64,000 nucleotides of DNA from Clostridiales bacterium (GCA_023663185.1 JAMPHY010000001.1:133287-197286), one strand, 5' to 3'. Shown: positions 1-10,666, counted from the first letter of the stretch. The notes: a model not told the origin generated them from the letters alone. A program made the numbers and translations.

Positions 1-140
<140 letters not shown>

Positions 141-158
141 AAAGGATAAGGAACAATC

Positions 159-1346
159 ATGACAATGCAAAAATACATCGACGAAGCCGAACAAGCCCTT
201 CTACATACCTACAACCGCTATCAAGTAGTATTCGACAGGGGCGAAGGCGTGTATCTTTATGATGTGGAAGGAAAGAAGTACCTCGATTTTGTATCGGGTA
301 TTGCGGTTTTTGCGCTGGGCTATCAGAACAAGGAATATAATGACGCATTAAAAGCCCAGATAGACAAGATAATCCATACTTCCAACTATTACTATAATGT
401 ACCGGCGATTGAAGCGGCTAAGAAGCTGCAGGAAGTATCCGGCATGGACAGGGTGTTTTTTACCAATAGCGGCGCTGAAGCCGTCGAAGGTGCAATCAAG
501 GCGGCAAGAAAATATGCTTACCTTAAAGACGGCGCCACAGACCACGAAATCATCGCGATGAATAATTCGTTCCACGGAAGGACCTATGGGGCGCTCTCAG
601 TGACGGGCAATCCGCATTATCGCGAGCCCTTCGAGCCTATGATTGGGAATATCCGTTTTGCAGATTTGAACGATTTTGACAGCGTACTTGCCAATGTAAA
701 TGATAAAACATGCGCAATTATATTTGAAACCGTACAAGGTGAGGGCGGCTTATATCCTGCGGACGAAGCTTTTATGAGAAAAGTTAAAGAACTCTGTGAA
801 GAGCGTGACATTCTTCTTATTCTTGACGAAATTCAGTGCGGCATGGGAAGAACCGGGTATATGTACGCATGGCAGAGGTTTGGCATAAAGCCCGATATTC
901 TGACGACGGCGAAGGCTCTCGGCTGCGGCGTGCCTGTCGGCGCATTTCTGATGACGGAGAAAGTAGGCGCGCATTCGCTTGTAGCGGGGGACCACGGCTC
1001 GACCTACGGCGGCAATCCGCTTGCGTGCGCGGCGATATGCAAGGTGCTTGAGCTTTTTGAAAAAGAGCATGTGCTCGAAAATGTAAGGGAAGTCGGCGCA
1101 TATTTGGAGACGCAGCTTGATAAATTAGTGGAAGAGTTTGATTTTATAGAAACAAGACGCGGCGTAGGACTGATGCAGGGGCTTGTATTTAAAGAACCCG
1201 TCAGGGACATTATAGCAAGGTCGATAGAAAGCGGTCTGGTTTTAATCAACGCCGGAAGCAATATTATTCGTTTCGTGCCGCCGCTTGTTATTACGAAGCA
1301 GCATGTAGACGAAATGATTGACATTTTGCGAGGGAGCCTTAAATAA
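159..1346 (+). CDS. argD: acetylornithine aminotransferase (class III PLP aminotransferase)
   Basis: 395-aa ORF with SFHGRT, ILDEIQCGMGRTG and TTAKALG (PLP-Lys region) motifs; arg-gene context. Confidence 0.9.
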   Translation: MTMQKYIDEAEQALLHTYNRYQVVFDRGEGVYLYDVEGKKYLDFVSGIAVFALGYQNKEYNDALKAQIDKIIHTSNYYYNVPAIEAAKKLQEVSGMDRVFFTNSGAEAVEGAIKAARKYAYLKDGATDHEIIAMNNSFHGRTYGALSVTGNPHYREPFEPMIGNIRFADLNDFDSVLANVNDKTCAIIFETVQGEGGLYPADEAFMRKVKELCEERDILLILDEIQCGMGRTGYMYAWQRFGIKPDILTTAKALGCGVPVGAFLMTEKVGAHSLVAGDHGSTYGGNPLACAAICKVLELFEKEHVLENVREVGAYLETQLDKLVEEFDFIETRRGVGLMQGLVFKEPVRDIIARSIESGLVLINAGSNIIRFVPPLVITKQHVDEMIDILRGSLK

Positions 1347-1368
1347 GGCTATGGAATAGGAGAAAAAA

Positions 1369-2913
1369 GTGAGATTAAGAAATAGGGTTATCGCTGTTTT
1401 ATTAGCGGTATGCGTGGTCGGCGGAGTCGGAGCATACGCCGCTGCCAATAGAATAATGGAGACGAATCCGGAGGAAGCAGTAGAAGAAGCTGACGAATCT
1501 CTTTTCGGGCACAGGGAAACTCTGTATTTATGGTATACGGACGAGGCTTTAACGGACTATTTAAACAGCGTGGCGGTTGCGTATAATGAACACCAGCAGG
1601 AAGCGCGTATAATTCCGGTTTATACGTCAGGTTCGGAATACCTTGAGACGATTAACCGCACATCTTTGCAGTCGGAGCAGGTTCCGGATATGTATATTGT
1701 GGGGAATGACTCGCTGGAAAAAGCATATCTGGCGGGACTGGCTTCTGAGATTATGCCGCCGCAGGGCAGCGATGAGCTGGAAAATCTTTTTCCGGAATCA
1801 TCAATATATGCCATAACATATCATGGAAGGCAGGTTGCTTATCCATTCTACTTTGAGACAAGCTCTTTACTTTATAATAAAACTTATCTGGAAGAATGGG
1901 CGTATTCGCAGATTGAAGCCGAGATGGACGCTGCGGAAGGCGAGGCGGCGCAGGCAGCGATAGAAGAAGCAGGGAGCGGAGAGAATATAGATACGGCTGA
2001 CATGGCTGGAGAAGATTTTGATATAGAAGAAGCAGTGAGAGTCAGGGTGGAAGAAACGCTTCCGCGCACGATTGACGACATTCTGGGATTTGCGGATTCG
2101 TATATTGCGCCGGAGCAGGTTGAAGCCATATTCAAATGGGACGTGTCCGATATTTTTTACAATTACTTCTTTGTAGGTAACTATATAGATGTAGGAAGCA
2201 TGACGGGCGATGATGAAGAGTCAATCGACATATATAATGAAAACGCTATCAACTGTATGAAGGTCTATCAGGACTTGAACCAGTTTTTCTACATTGAAAC
2301 TGGTGAAAGCAACTATTCGGACGTTATACAGGATTTTATTGACGGTAAAATCGTATACACCGTAGTGACGACCGATGCGCTGGCAAAAATAGAAGCGGCT
2401 AAGGCAGAGGGAGACTTCTTATATGAATATGGGACTTCGATTATCCCTAATGTAAATGAAGAACTTGCTTCACGCTCCTTATCGGTGACTCAGTGCGTAG
2501 TTGTCAACGGCTACTCGATTCATAAGGATATTGCTAACGATTTTGCCATGTTTTTATCCTGCTATAATGAAGATGATTTATATGCCAGAACCGGAAAAGT
2601 GCCGGCGCTTAGCGGAGTCAGCTTTGAAAATCAGAATATTGACTCCTTTGTATTGGAATATGAGAAATCCGTTCCCGAACCTAAAATGATAGAGACGAGC
2701 AATTATTGGGTAGAAATGGAAATCGCCTTTGAGCGTATTTGGAACGGCGAAGACGCCAATATGGAGTTAAAAGGATTATCGGAAAAAATCATGACGCAGA
2801 TAAAGGGCGAGCAGTATACGGAAGATTATATTGAAATGCCGGAGGAAGAAGAGCCTGAAATTCTGGACGATGAATATATAGAAGAGCCGCCTGAGATGAA
2901 TATTGTAGGATAA
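1369..2913 (+). CDS. membrane-anchored, highly acidic extracytoplasmic protein (solute-binding-protein-like, function unknown)
   Basis: GTG start after GGAGAA; N-terminal TM helix VIAVLLAVCVVGGVGAYAAA; D/E-rich body; only weak resemblance to family-1 SBPs. Confidence 0.45.
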   Translation: MRLRNRVIAVLLAVCVVGGVGAYAAANRIMETNPEEAVEEADESLFGHRETLYLWYTDEALTDYLNSVAVAYNEHQQEARIIPVYTSGSEYLETINRTSLQSEQVPDMYIVGNDSLEKAYLAGLASEIMPPQGSDELENLFPESSIYAITYHGRQVAYPFYFETSSLLYNKTYLEEWAYSQIEAEMDAAEGEAAQAAIEEAGSGENIDTADMAGEDFDIEEAVRVRVEETLPRTIDDILGFADSYIAPEQVEAIFKWDVSDIFYNYFFVGNYIDVGSMTGDDEESIDIYNENAINCMKVYQDLNQFFYIETGESNYSDVIQDFIDGKIVYTVVTTDALAKIEAAKAEGDFLYEYGTSIIPNVNEELASRSLSVTQCVVVNGYSIHKDIANDFAMFLSCYNEDDLYARTGKVPALSGVSFENQNIDSFVLEYEKSVPEPKMIETSNYWVEMEIAFERIWNGEDANMELKGLSEKIMTQIKGEQYTEDYIEMPEEEEPEILDDEYIEEPPEMNIVG

Positions 2914-2981
2914 GGCTTGTATATTCCCTTAAAAAGCGGAAACAATTATATTGGAAACCGGCATTTTAAGGGGGTTATAAT

Positions 2982-3413
2982 ATGATAGGATTCTTTATCG
3001 CTCTTCTTTCGGGAGCGCTTATGAGTATTCAGGGAGTTTTTAATACGCAGGTTACTAAGTCGTCAAGTATCTGGGTGGCAAATGTTTTTGTACAGTTTAC
3101 GGCGCTTTTGGTCTGCCTGTGCGCGTGGCTTGTCACAGACCGTTCTTCTTTTGGCGCGCTGTTTAAGGTGCAGCCTAAATATATGCTGCTTGGCGGAGCT
3201 ATAGGGGCGTTCATTACCTATACCGTTATTAAAGCGATGGACGCGCTCGGACCTGCTAAGGCGGTTATGCTTATAGTCATTTCGCAGCTTATCGTCGCAT
3301 ATTTGATAGAACTGTTCGGGCTTTTTGGTACGGAAAAACAGCCTTTGGAGATGCGTAAGATTATCGGTATGGGAATTGCCATTGTAGGAATCGTTATTTT
3401 TAAGTGGACATAA
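2982..3413 (+). CDS. small DMT-superfamily membrane protein (DUF606/YdcZ-like)
   Basis: 143 aa, four to five hydrophobic helices, EamA-half-like layout. Confidence 0.55.
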   Translation: MIGFFIALLSGALMSIQGVFNTQVTKSSSIWVANVFVQFTALLVCLCAWLVTDRSSFGALFKVQPKYMLLGGAIGAFITYTVIKAMDALGPAKAVMLIVISQLIVAYLIELFGLFGTEKQPLEMRKIIGMGIAIVGIVIFKWT

Positions 3414-3497
3414 GGGAAAATTTATTTTAAAATAGAAATACGGTGCATAGCGGGGACTTCCTAAGTCTCTCATTGGTATGAGGGACGGAAAGGAACT

Positions 3498-4271
3498 ATG
3501 CAGATGTTAAAAATTAAAATAATAGTAAAAACAGTGATTTTTCTGCTTTCTGTGGTAATGCTGACTGCGTGTACCGGTAAGGAAGAGCTTGCTTTTGAGC
3601 TGGACGGGCAAAGTGGAGTACAGGAAGCGGAATATGCTGCTGGTGCGGGCGATTCATCTTATGAATTAGGGCTGTTGACAGAGGCATCGGCAGGTGAAGA
3701 AACTGCGGATAGAACCCTAACGGGTGCAGAAACCGTGGGCGCAGCGCAGGCGGATACGCCAGCCGTGATTTATGTACATATATGCGGAGCGGTGGTTAAT
3801 CCGGGAGTGTATGAGCTTGACGAAGGCAGCAGAGTGTTTGAAGGAATAGAGGCAGCAGGCGGATTTAGTGAAGATGCGTCTACGGATTATGTAAACCAAG
3901 CGCAACCCCTTAAAGACGGACAGCGGCTTATAATTCCAACGTTGGAAGAAGTTGAGGCAGCAAAAGAGAGCGGTCTGTATAAAGAACCGTGGAGTGCTAC
4001 GGATACGGGAAATTCGGATAGCGGCGCAGCCGCAGATATGGGAAATCCAGACGCTGCGGACTTAACAAATTCCGACGGACGCATAAATATCAATACCGCA
4101 GGCGAGAGCGAGCTTAGCACCATAGACGGTATCGGCGCGGGCAAGGCGGCGGCAATCGTTAAGTACAGGCAGGAGAACGGTAACTTTCAATCCATTGAGG
4201 ACATTATGAAGGTAAGCGGTATCAAAGAAGGAACATACGCGAAAATTAAAGATAAGATAACAGTGAAATGA
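3498..4271 (+). CDS. comEA: competence protein ComEA (SLBB + helix-hairpin-helix DNA receptor)
   Basis: N-terminal anchor; VHICGAVVNPGVYEL SLBB motif; C-terminal ININTAGESELSTIDGIGAGKAAAIVKYRQENGNFQSIEDIMKVSGI HhH motif. Confidence 0.85.
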   Translation: MQMLKIKIIVKTVIFLLSVVMLTACTGKEELAFELDGQSGVQEAEYAAGAGDSSYELGLLTEASAGEETADRTLTGAETVGAAQADTPAVIYVHICGAVVNPGVYELDEGSRVFEGIEAAGGFSEDASTDYVNQAQPLKDGQRLIIPTLEEVEAAKESGLYKEPWSATDTGNSDSGAAADMGNPDAADLTNSDGRININTAGESELSTIDGIGAGKAAAIVKYRQENGNFQSIEDIMKVSGIKEGTYAKIKDKITVK

Positions 4272-4342
4272 AAAATAACGGCAAAACAGATACAAAATGG
4301 TAGCAGAATAAATATTGTGGAAATATAGGACAGAGGTGCGCG

Positions 4343-5029
4343 ATGGCAAACAGGGTATTGGTTGTTGATGATGAGAAGTTGATTGTAAAGGGAATCCGTT
4401 TCAGCTTAGAACAGGACGGCATGGAAGTTGACTGTGCATACGACGGAGAGGAAGCTTTGGAATACGCAAGAAACAATCGGTATGATATGATTTTGTTAGA
4501 CGTTATGCTCCCTAAACTGACAGGCTTTGAAGTATGCCAGCAGATACGTGAATTTTCAAGCACGCCCATTGTCATGCTTACGGCAAAAGGCGAGGATATG
4601 GATAAAATTCTGGGGCTGGAATACGGCGCAGACGATTATATCACTAAGCCTTTTAATATTCTGGAAGTGAAAGCTCGCATTAAGGCGATTATGCGCAGAA
4701 CCGGCAAAAAGAATGAAGAAAATGCTGCTGCAAGGACAATAGAAAGCCGAGGTATGCGGTTAGATTTGGACGGCAGACGCGCCTATATTAACGATAAGGA
4801 AATAAATCTGACGGCAAAAGAGTTTGAGGTGCTTGAACTGCTGATGAAAAATCCGAATAAGGTATATAGTCGTGAAAAACTGCTCGATACCGTATGGGGA
4901 AGCGATTATCCGGGAGATGTACGCACCGTAGACGTACATATAAGAAGACTGAGGGAGAAGATTGAGGAAACGCCGAGCGATCCTATGTACGTTCATACAA
5001 AATGGGGAGTTGGGTACTACTTTGCGTAA
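4343..5029 (+). CDS. OmpR-family response regulator (WalR/YycF-like)
   Basis: Receiver domain (VVDDE, LLDVMLP, LTAKG) plus winged-helix C-terminus (RTVDVHIRRLREKIE, GVGYYF). Confidence 0.9.
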   Translation: MANRVLVVDDEKLIVKGIRFSLEQDGMEVDCAYDGEEALEYARNNRYDMILLDVMLPKLTGFEVCQQIREFSSTPIVMLTAKGEDMDKILGLEYGADDYITKPFNILEVKARIKAIMRRTGKKNEENAAARTIESRGMRLDLDGRRAYINDKEINLTAKEFEVLELLMKNPNKVYSREKLLDTVWGSDYPGDVRTVDVHIRRLREKIEETPSDPMYVHTKWGVGYYFA

Positions 5030-6506
5030 ATTAAAGAGTTTAAAAAAGCTGCAATTCTTACGCAGCCTTAAGATACGTATATTTCTAATTGCATTTTTAA
5101 TAGGCTTCTTGTCCTGCAATATGATGAGATATGCTATTTTGCAGAATTATGAGCAGCGGGCAGTCAGCCTGCGTATTTCTGATGTTCAGACACAGATGAA
5201 TATTCTTGCTAACCACCTTATTAATTACCGCTATTTACAGGGAACGGCGTCCGAGGCTATCGAGGCGGAGCTTAGTATGCTTTCAGATTTGTACGACGGG
5301 CGTGTTCTGATTATCAATAATAATTTAAGGGTAATCAGGGATACATACGGTATCAGCGAGGGCAAAACCATCATATCGGAGGAAGTTATCCGCTGTCTCA
5401 AGGGCAATAATATCAGCAATTATGATTCTGAGAATAATTTTATCGAAATGACTGTGCCGATTGTAGAAATAGTGGAAACAAATAAGGAGGGCGCAGACTC
5501 TAAAAATCTTGAACATGAATATTCTGCGCGCGGCGTTATGCTAATTAGCGTCTCAACAGATTATATTGCTACGACAATGGACATTTTGAACAGAAAAGCT
5601 ATTGTTATGGAAGTTATAATTATTCTGTTCATGTTTGCCGCCTCAATTATCGCCGCCTTTATTATTGTCAGACCGTTTGAAAAGATTACGGCGGCTCTAA
5701 GCCAAGTAAAAGCGGGTTATAGCAATGAGCCGATTTCTGTGACCGATTGTTTGGAAACGGAGCATATCGGTGATGCGTTTAACGAAGTTATTAGTCGTAT
5801 GAAGGTGCTGGACGATTCAAGACAGGAGTTTGTGTCCAATGTCTCACATGAACTGCGCACCCCGATTACGTCCATTAAGGTGCTTGCCGATTCCCTGCGT
5901 GTTCAGGAAGATGTTCCGATAGAGCTGTATAAAGAGTTTATGGAAGATATCGCTAACGAAATAGACCGGGAAGACGAGATAATTAACGACCTTCTCGCCC
6001 TGATTAAGATGGATAGAACAGACGCTGACCTTAATATATCGCAGGTTGATATCAATGCGCTAGTAGAAGTCATTATGAAAAGGCTCCGTCCGATAGCACT
6101 GAAAAAAGATGTTGAGCTTGTCTATGAGAGCGTAAGACCTGTGGTGGCGTCTGTGGACGAAGTGAAAATTACGCTTGTAATTACGAATTTAGTCGAAAAT
6201 GCGATTAAATATAATAAAGAGCATGGCTGGGTTAAGGTTACGCTTGATGCGGACCATCAGTTCTTTTCCATAGTAGTTGCAGATTCCGGAATAGGTATTC
6301 CGGGGGATTCCATAGAGCATATTTACGAGCGTTTCTATCGGGTTGATAAGTCGCATTCTAAGGAAATCGAAGGCACGGGGCTTGGGCTTGCGATTACGAG
6401 AAGCGCGATACTTAAGCATAGGGGTTCGATTAAGGCGGTCAGCGAAGAAGGGGAAGGGACGACGTTTATTGTGAAGATTCCGTTGACTTATATTGCGGTT
6501 TCGTAG
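5022..6506 (+). CDS. sensor histidine kinase (TM-sensor-TM-HAMP-HisKA-HATPase)
   Basis: H-box FVSNVSHELRTP; N-box NLVENAIKYN; G-boxes DSGIGI and GTGLGLAI. The track ORF starts at 4962 inside the RR gene, so the TTG at 5022 overlapping the RR stop is preferred. Confidence 0.8.
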   Translation: MRKLKSLKKLQFLRSLKIRIFLIAFLIGFLSCNMMRYAILQNYEQRAVSLRISDVQTQMNILANHLINYRYLQGTASEAIEAELSMLSDLYDGRVLIINNNLRVIRDTYGISEGKTIISEEVIRCLKGNNISNYDSENNFIEMTVPIVEIVETNKEGADSKNLEHEYSARGVMLISVSTDYIATTMDILNRKAIVMEVIIILFMFAASIIAAFIIVRPFEKITAALSQVKAGYSNEPISVTDCLETEHIGDAFNEVISRMKVLDDSRQEFVSNVSHELRTPITSIKVLADSLRVQEDVPIELYKEFMEDIANEIDREDEIINDLLALIKMDRTDADLNISQVDINALVEVIMKRLRPIALKKDVELVYESVRPVVASVDEVKITLVITNLVENAIKYNKEHGWVKVTLDADHQFFSIVVADSGIGIPGDSIEHIYERFYRVDKSHSKEIEGTGLGLAITRSAILKHRGSIKAVSEEGEGTTFIVKIPLTYIAVS

Positions 6507-6530
6507 AGCGGACTTTGGTGAAAGGAGAGT

Positions 6531-7484
6531 ATGATGTCAGGCTTTAGGAAGGTTTTATTTATGCTGCTGCTCATAGCTGCACTGTGTTGTACATCGGCAT
6601 GTGGCGCGGATACGGCGCAGGAAAGCACAGATGGCAGGGAATATAGCATATATTATGTAAATAATGAAGAAACTAAGATTTTTTCTAAATCATATATGAC
6701 GGTGACTGAGGACGGCAAGGAACTGCTTGACGAACTGATAGGGCAGCTTGGCGTCATATCGGAGAAAATGGAGTATAAGGCTCCGCTTTCCAGCGATTTT
6801 GCTGTGTTGGGGTATACATGGGACAGTGGAACCCTGACGCTTAATTTTGACGAACATTACAAGGAAATGGACAGTATCAAAGAGATTTTGGTGCGCGCGG
6901 CGATTGTCAGGACACTGTCGCAGGTGAACGATGTGAATTATATTTCTTTTACCGTGAACAACGAGCCGCTTATGGATAACGGCGGTGCGGCTGTCGGAAA
7001 TATGTCTGCGGATATGTTTATAGATAATGAAGGAAATGAAATAAACACTTATGAAAAAGTCAACCTGCATCTGTATTTTGCCAACGAAAACGGCGACAGG
7101 CTGGTGGAGGAGAACCAGAGGAACGTAGTGTATAACAGTAATATTTCCATAGAGAAGCTTGTGGTGGAGAAGTTGATTGAAGGACCGAAGGCAGCAGACA
7201 GTTATCCTACTATCAACCCCGAAACCAAAGTAGTAAGCGTGTCGGTAAAGGATAGGATATGTTATGTAAACTTAAGCGATGCGTTTTTAACCCAGCCATA
7301 TAACGTAACGTCGGACGTGACGATTTATTCCATCACCAATTCGCTTGTGGAGCTGCCCAACGTCAATAAGGTGCAGATTTCCATTAACGGCGATACCTCT
7401 GTGTATTATAAAGAGAGCGTGAGCCTTACGACGTTATTTGAAAGAAATCTGGATTTAATTAATTCCGCAGCCGCGGATAATTGA
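6531..7484 (+). CDS. GerMN-domain lipoprotein (GerM-like)
   Basis: Lipobox LCCTSAC-G; two GerMN-like repeats (ILVRAAIVRTLSQVNDVNYISFTVN and IYSITNSLVELPNVNKVQISING). Confidence 0.65.
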   Translation: MMSGFRKVLFMLLLIAALCCTSACGADTAQESTDGREYSIYYVNNEETKIFSKSYMTVTEDGKELLDELIGQLGVISEKMEYKAPLSSDFAVLGYTWDSGTLTLNFDEHYKEMDSIKEILVRAAIVRTLSQVNDVNYISFTVNNEPLMDNGGAAVGNMSADMFIDNEGNEINTYEKVNLHLYFANENGDRLVEENQRNVVYNSNISIEKLVVEKLIEGPKAADSYPTINPETKVVSVSVKDRICYVNLSDAFLTQPYNVTSDVTIYSITNSLVELPNVNKVQISINGDTSVYYKESVSLTTLFERNLDLINSAAADN

Positions 7485-7557
7485 GTGATTGCGATGTTCA
7501 TTTAGTCTAAACTCTGGTTGATGACATAAAGTTTCGCAGCTGCTTGTATAATGAAAC

Positions 7558-9840
7558 ATGAGAAAGGAGATATATTTGAGAAGACCGATTTGTATTATCG
7601 GACTTGCCTTTGTATTAGTGGTTGTCGTATATCTGTATATCAGTCCCTTTCCCGCTGTGTCTTTAGATGGGGTGGACAAAGAGATAGTTACTCTTACAGG
7701 TCAGGTCGAAAAGAAAGAATACCGCATTTCTAGCGAAAAAGAAGTTCTGGTTGTTTATCTGAGAGAAATTCAGGTTATAAATCCACAAATAAGCAATGAC
7801 AATAGTAACAGTTATAGCAATAATAATAGTAATAATAACAATAGCAATGGTAATAGCAGTGAAATTGAAGGCGTAATGTGTTATATTACCGAGGGCGTCG
7901 AGCCGAAGACCGGCAGCTATATATGCGTGCGCGGCAAGCTCCGCTCATTTGATACAGCGACAAATCCGGGGGAATTTGACGCAAGGCAGTATTATCAAAT
8001 TCTTAAGATACAGGCGCGGCTGCAGAATGCCATTATACTTAAAGAAAGTGAAAGTTACAGCAGATTTAAAGAAAGTCTATATAGCTTGAAAAGCTATCTT
8101 GCCGCCTTGCTTGACGCCTGCTATGAAGAAGGGGACGCTTCAATTATGAAGGCAATGCTTCTTGGAGAAAAGAGCGGCTTGGATACGGATACCAAGCAGC
8201 TCTATCAGTTGAATGGAGTCATTCATATCCTTACTATCAGCGGACTCCACATTTCCATTATAGGCATGGGGTTTTATAAGCTGCTGTGTAAGCTTAAAAC
8301 GCCGAATTTTATCAGTATTCCGCTTGCCTTAAGCGTTATATACTGCTATGGGGTTATGAGCGGAATGGGTGTTTCGACTTTTCGGGCAATAATCATGTTC
8401 GCGCTGAATATTGCGGCGGTTTTGTTTGGGCGTACATACGACATGCTTACGGCAATGTCTGTTGCGGGGATTTTGCTGCTTATAGAGCAGCCGTTGTATA
8501 TATACCATAGCGGCTTTTTGTTCTCATTTGGGGCGGTTCTGGCAATAGGGCTACTGCGCCCTGTAGTTAAGGAAAGACTTGGCGATAATGAAAAGGTAAA
8601 AGAAGTTATGTCAACTACGATATCCATATCCATTGCAACGCTTCCTGTATACCTGTGTTTTTACTATGAGTATCCGCTGTACTCGATATTCTTAAATCTG
8701 ATTATTATACCGGGCACGAGCCTGCTTGTATCCGACGGCTTCATAACCTGCGCGGCTGCCGTGTGCTTTCTTCCGCTTGGAAAAATTACCGCCTTTCCCG
8801 CACATATACTGCTCGCGTTCTATGAATTGTGTTGTAAACTTGTCATGAAGCTGCCGAACAGCCGGAATATTATCGGCGTGCCGGATATATGGCAAGTATT
8901 GATATTTATATTAATTTTGTGTTTTGCGACGTATTTCTGTGAAAAATGCACTGTTCTTCAATTTTGGCAGTTTATTTTAGCGGCGTTATTATGCCTTACC
9001 ATACGCTTTCAAGATGGCTTGCAGATTACGCTCATCGATGTGGGACAGGGCGATAGCATTTATATTTGCGCTGGAGCGGACGGACGTTTCCTGATTGACG
9101 GCGGCAGCTCAAGCAAGAGCGATGTCGGAACATATCAAATACTGCCTTTTTTAAAGGAAGAAGGAGCGGACACTTTGGACGCGGTCTTTGTGACGCATAT
9201 GGACAGCGACCACTATAACGGAATAAGTACGCTTATAGAAGAGACAGGGCAAAACGGCATAAAAATAGAAAATCTGATTTTACCGGATATAGATATGGAT
9301 TGCAGGAACGAGGAGTATCATAATTTAGAGAAAATGGCAGCCGAAAACGGAATCAGCGTAAAATATATCCATGACGGCGGAAGTATAAGAAGCGGCAGGC
9401 TTATCCTTACATGTTTGCATCCTAAGCAGAGCGAATATGCCGAGGATACCAACGCCGCGTCGATGGTGCTATACCTTGAATACGAGGCGTTTACTGCGCT
9501 TTTTACAGGCGATTTGGAAGGAACGGGCGAGGACGCGGTGAAGGAGAGGTTGAAAGATTATATTATTGATAAAAATGATAGCGGCAGCATGAACATTACC
9601 GTGCTAAAAGCAGCGCACCACGGTTCAAGAAATTCCATGCAGGAAGATTTTCTTAAGACGATTTCTCCACAGATAACCTTGATTTCAGCGGGGCGGGATA
9701 ACAGATACGGACACCCGCACGAAGAACTGCTTGAGCGCGTCGAAAATGCAGGCAGCAGGATATTTAGAACTGATTTAGGCGGAGCCGTCACGGTTACATA
9801 TAATAACGGAAGGGTGAGAGTGGAGTGTTTTTGTGAGTGA
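7558..9840 (+). CDS. comEC: DNA internalisation competence protein ComEC/Rec2 (with C-terminal metallo-beta-lactamase domain)
   Basis: 760 aa; polytopic competence domain (HILTISGLHISI); MBL motifs IDVGQGDS, THMDSDHYNG, AAHHGS. Confidence 0.9.
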   Translation: MRKEIYLRRPICIIGLAFVLVVVVYLYISPFPAVSLDGVDKEIVTLTGQVEKKEYRISSEKEVLVVYLREIQVINPQISNDNSNSYSNNNSNNNNSNGNSSEIEGVMCYITEGVEPKTGSYICVRGKLRSFDTATNPGEFDARQYYQILKIQARLQNAIILKESESYSRFKESLYSLKSYLAALLDACYEEGDASIMKAMLLGEKSGLDTDTKQLYQLNGVIHILTISGLHISIIGMGFYKLLCKLKTPNFISIPLALSVIYCYGVMSGMGVSTFRAIIMFALNIAAVLFGRTYDMLTAMSVAGILLLIEQPLYIYHSGFLFSFGAVLAIGLLRPVVKERLGDNEKVKEVMSTTISISIATLPVYLCFYYEYPLYSIFLNLIIIPGTSLLVSDGFITCAAAVCFLPLGKITAFPAHILLAFYELCCKLVMKLPNSRNIIGVPDIWQVLIFILILCFATYFCEKCTVLQFWQFILAALLCLTIRFQDGLQITLIDVGQGDSIYICAGADGRFLIDGGSSSKSDVGTYQILPFLKEEGADTLDAVFVTHMDSDHYNGISTLIEETGQNGIKIENLILPDIDMDCRNEEYHNLEKMAAENGISVKYIHDGGSIRSGRLILTCLHPKQSEYAEDTNAASMVLYLEYEAFTALFTGDLEGTGEDAVKERLKDYIIDKNDSGSMNITVLKAAHHGSRNSMQEDFLKTISPQITLISAGRDNRYGHPHEELLERVENAGSRIFRTDLGGAVTVTYNNGRVRVECFCE
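7789..7860 (+). repeat. in-frame AAT/AGY codon run (Asn/Ser low-complexity insert) inside comEC
   Basis: agcaatgacaatagtaacagttatagcaataataatagtaataataacaatagcaatggtaatagcagt encodes SNDNSNSYSNNNSNNNNSNGNSS. Confidence 0.8.
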
Positions 9841-9896
9841 GAAAAAGTAAATGGAATTAAAGTCTAAAGCTGAATTTAAAGTTTAAAGTTGAGATA

Positions 9897-9940
9897 AAGC
9901 GTTTTAGTGGTATTTTGCAGGAAAATATGATAAAATTAAA
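9897..9940 (+). repeat. 44-bp direct repeat, copy 1 (contains extended -10-like TGATAAAAT)
   Basis: AAGCGTTTTAGTGGTATTTTGCAGGAAAATATGATAAAATTAAA; 43/44 identical to 11661-11704. Confidence 0.9.
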
Positions 9941-9955
9941 GGAGATACATACAAA

Positions 9956-10458
9956 ATGAAAATGGAAGTTGATATTTTAATTGACAGAATTACAGACTGC
10001 CTGATAGATACAAGAACTGGGAAGAAAGTAGAGACAGAATATCGGATGCGCGAAACACCGATAAGAGCGAAGGACTATCAAGGGTGGAAATTCAACTGGA
10101 GTATCACAGAGAAAAACGGGTATGATATATATGAGCTGTTCTTAAAGGACGATGATACGGTTCAGGGTAGAATTTCTGTAAAGGTTGATGGTGGGGTTGC
10201 TGATGTGGATATAGTTGAAACTGCGCTGCATAATTATAGCCGCGCGGGAAGATATGAGGGAGTTGGAGCCCATTTATTTGCGATTGCCTGTCAAGTAAGT
10301 TATGATGCAGGTTATGATGGTTTTGTGGCATTACAGCAAAAAGTGATTTGGTGGAATACTACAAAGAAAAGCTAAATGCGAGTGTATTTCGTGACAGACG
10401 GATGTATATTGATGAAGAGGCTGCACAGATATTATTAGATAAATATATGAGAAAGTAG
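9956..10458 (+). pseudogene. GNAT-like protein gene interrupted by a +1 frameshift near 10330
   Basis: The 139-aa ORF ends in WWNTTKKS*. The next frame continues TAKSDLVEYYKEKLNASVFRDRRMYIDEEAAQILLDKYMRK* (stop 10456-10458). The frame switch lies at an A5 run. Confidence 0.55.
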
Positions 10459-10466
10459 GTGACAGT

Positions 10467-10649
10467 ATGTTGGCAATGGCTAAAAAATCAACAGACTATA
10501 CACATGATATTGCCTATTATGCAAAAGACAGCAGATTAACTGAGCAGTCTGATGGTAAAAAGTATGAATGGAGAAAGATGATTGAACTTTCAAAAGAATT
10601 AGACAGACCACTCACTGATGCAGAGGCAGAGAAATTTAGGATTGAGTAG
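10467..10649 (+). CDS. hypothetical 60-aa protein
   Basis: ORF with AGGTGA RBS about 8 nt upstream; no recognisable motif. Confidence 0.4.
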   Translation: MLAMAKKSTDYTHDIAYYAKDSRLTEQSDGKKYEWRKMIELSKELDRPLTDAEAEKFRIE

Positions 10650-10666
10650 TTTTGAGTAAGTGAAAA

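Noticed and set aside
4962-5021. N-terminal 20-aa extension of the histidine kinase ORF
   Set aside because: It lies inside the response-regulator coding region. The TTG at 5022, overlapping the RR stop, gives a sensible N-terminus followed by a TM helix.
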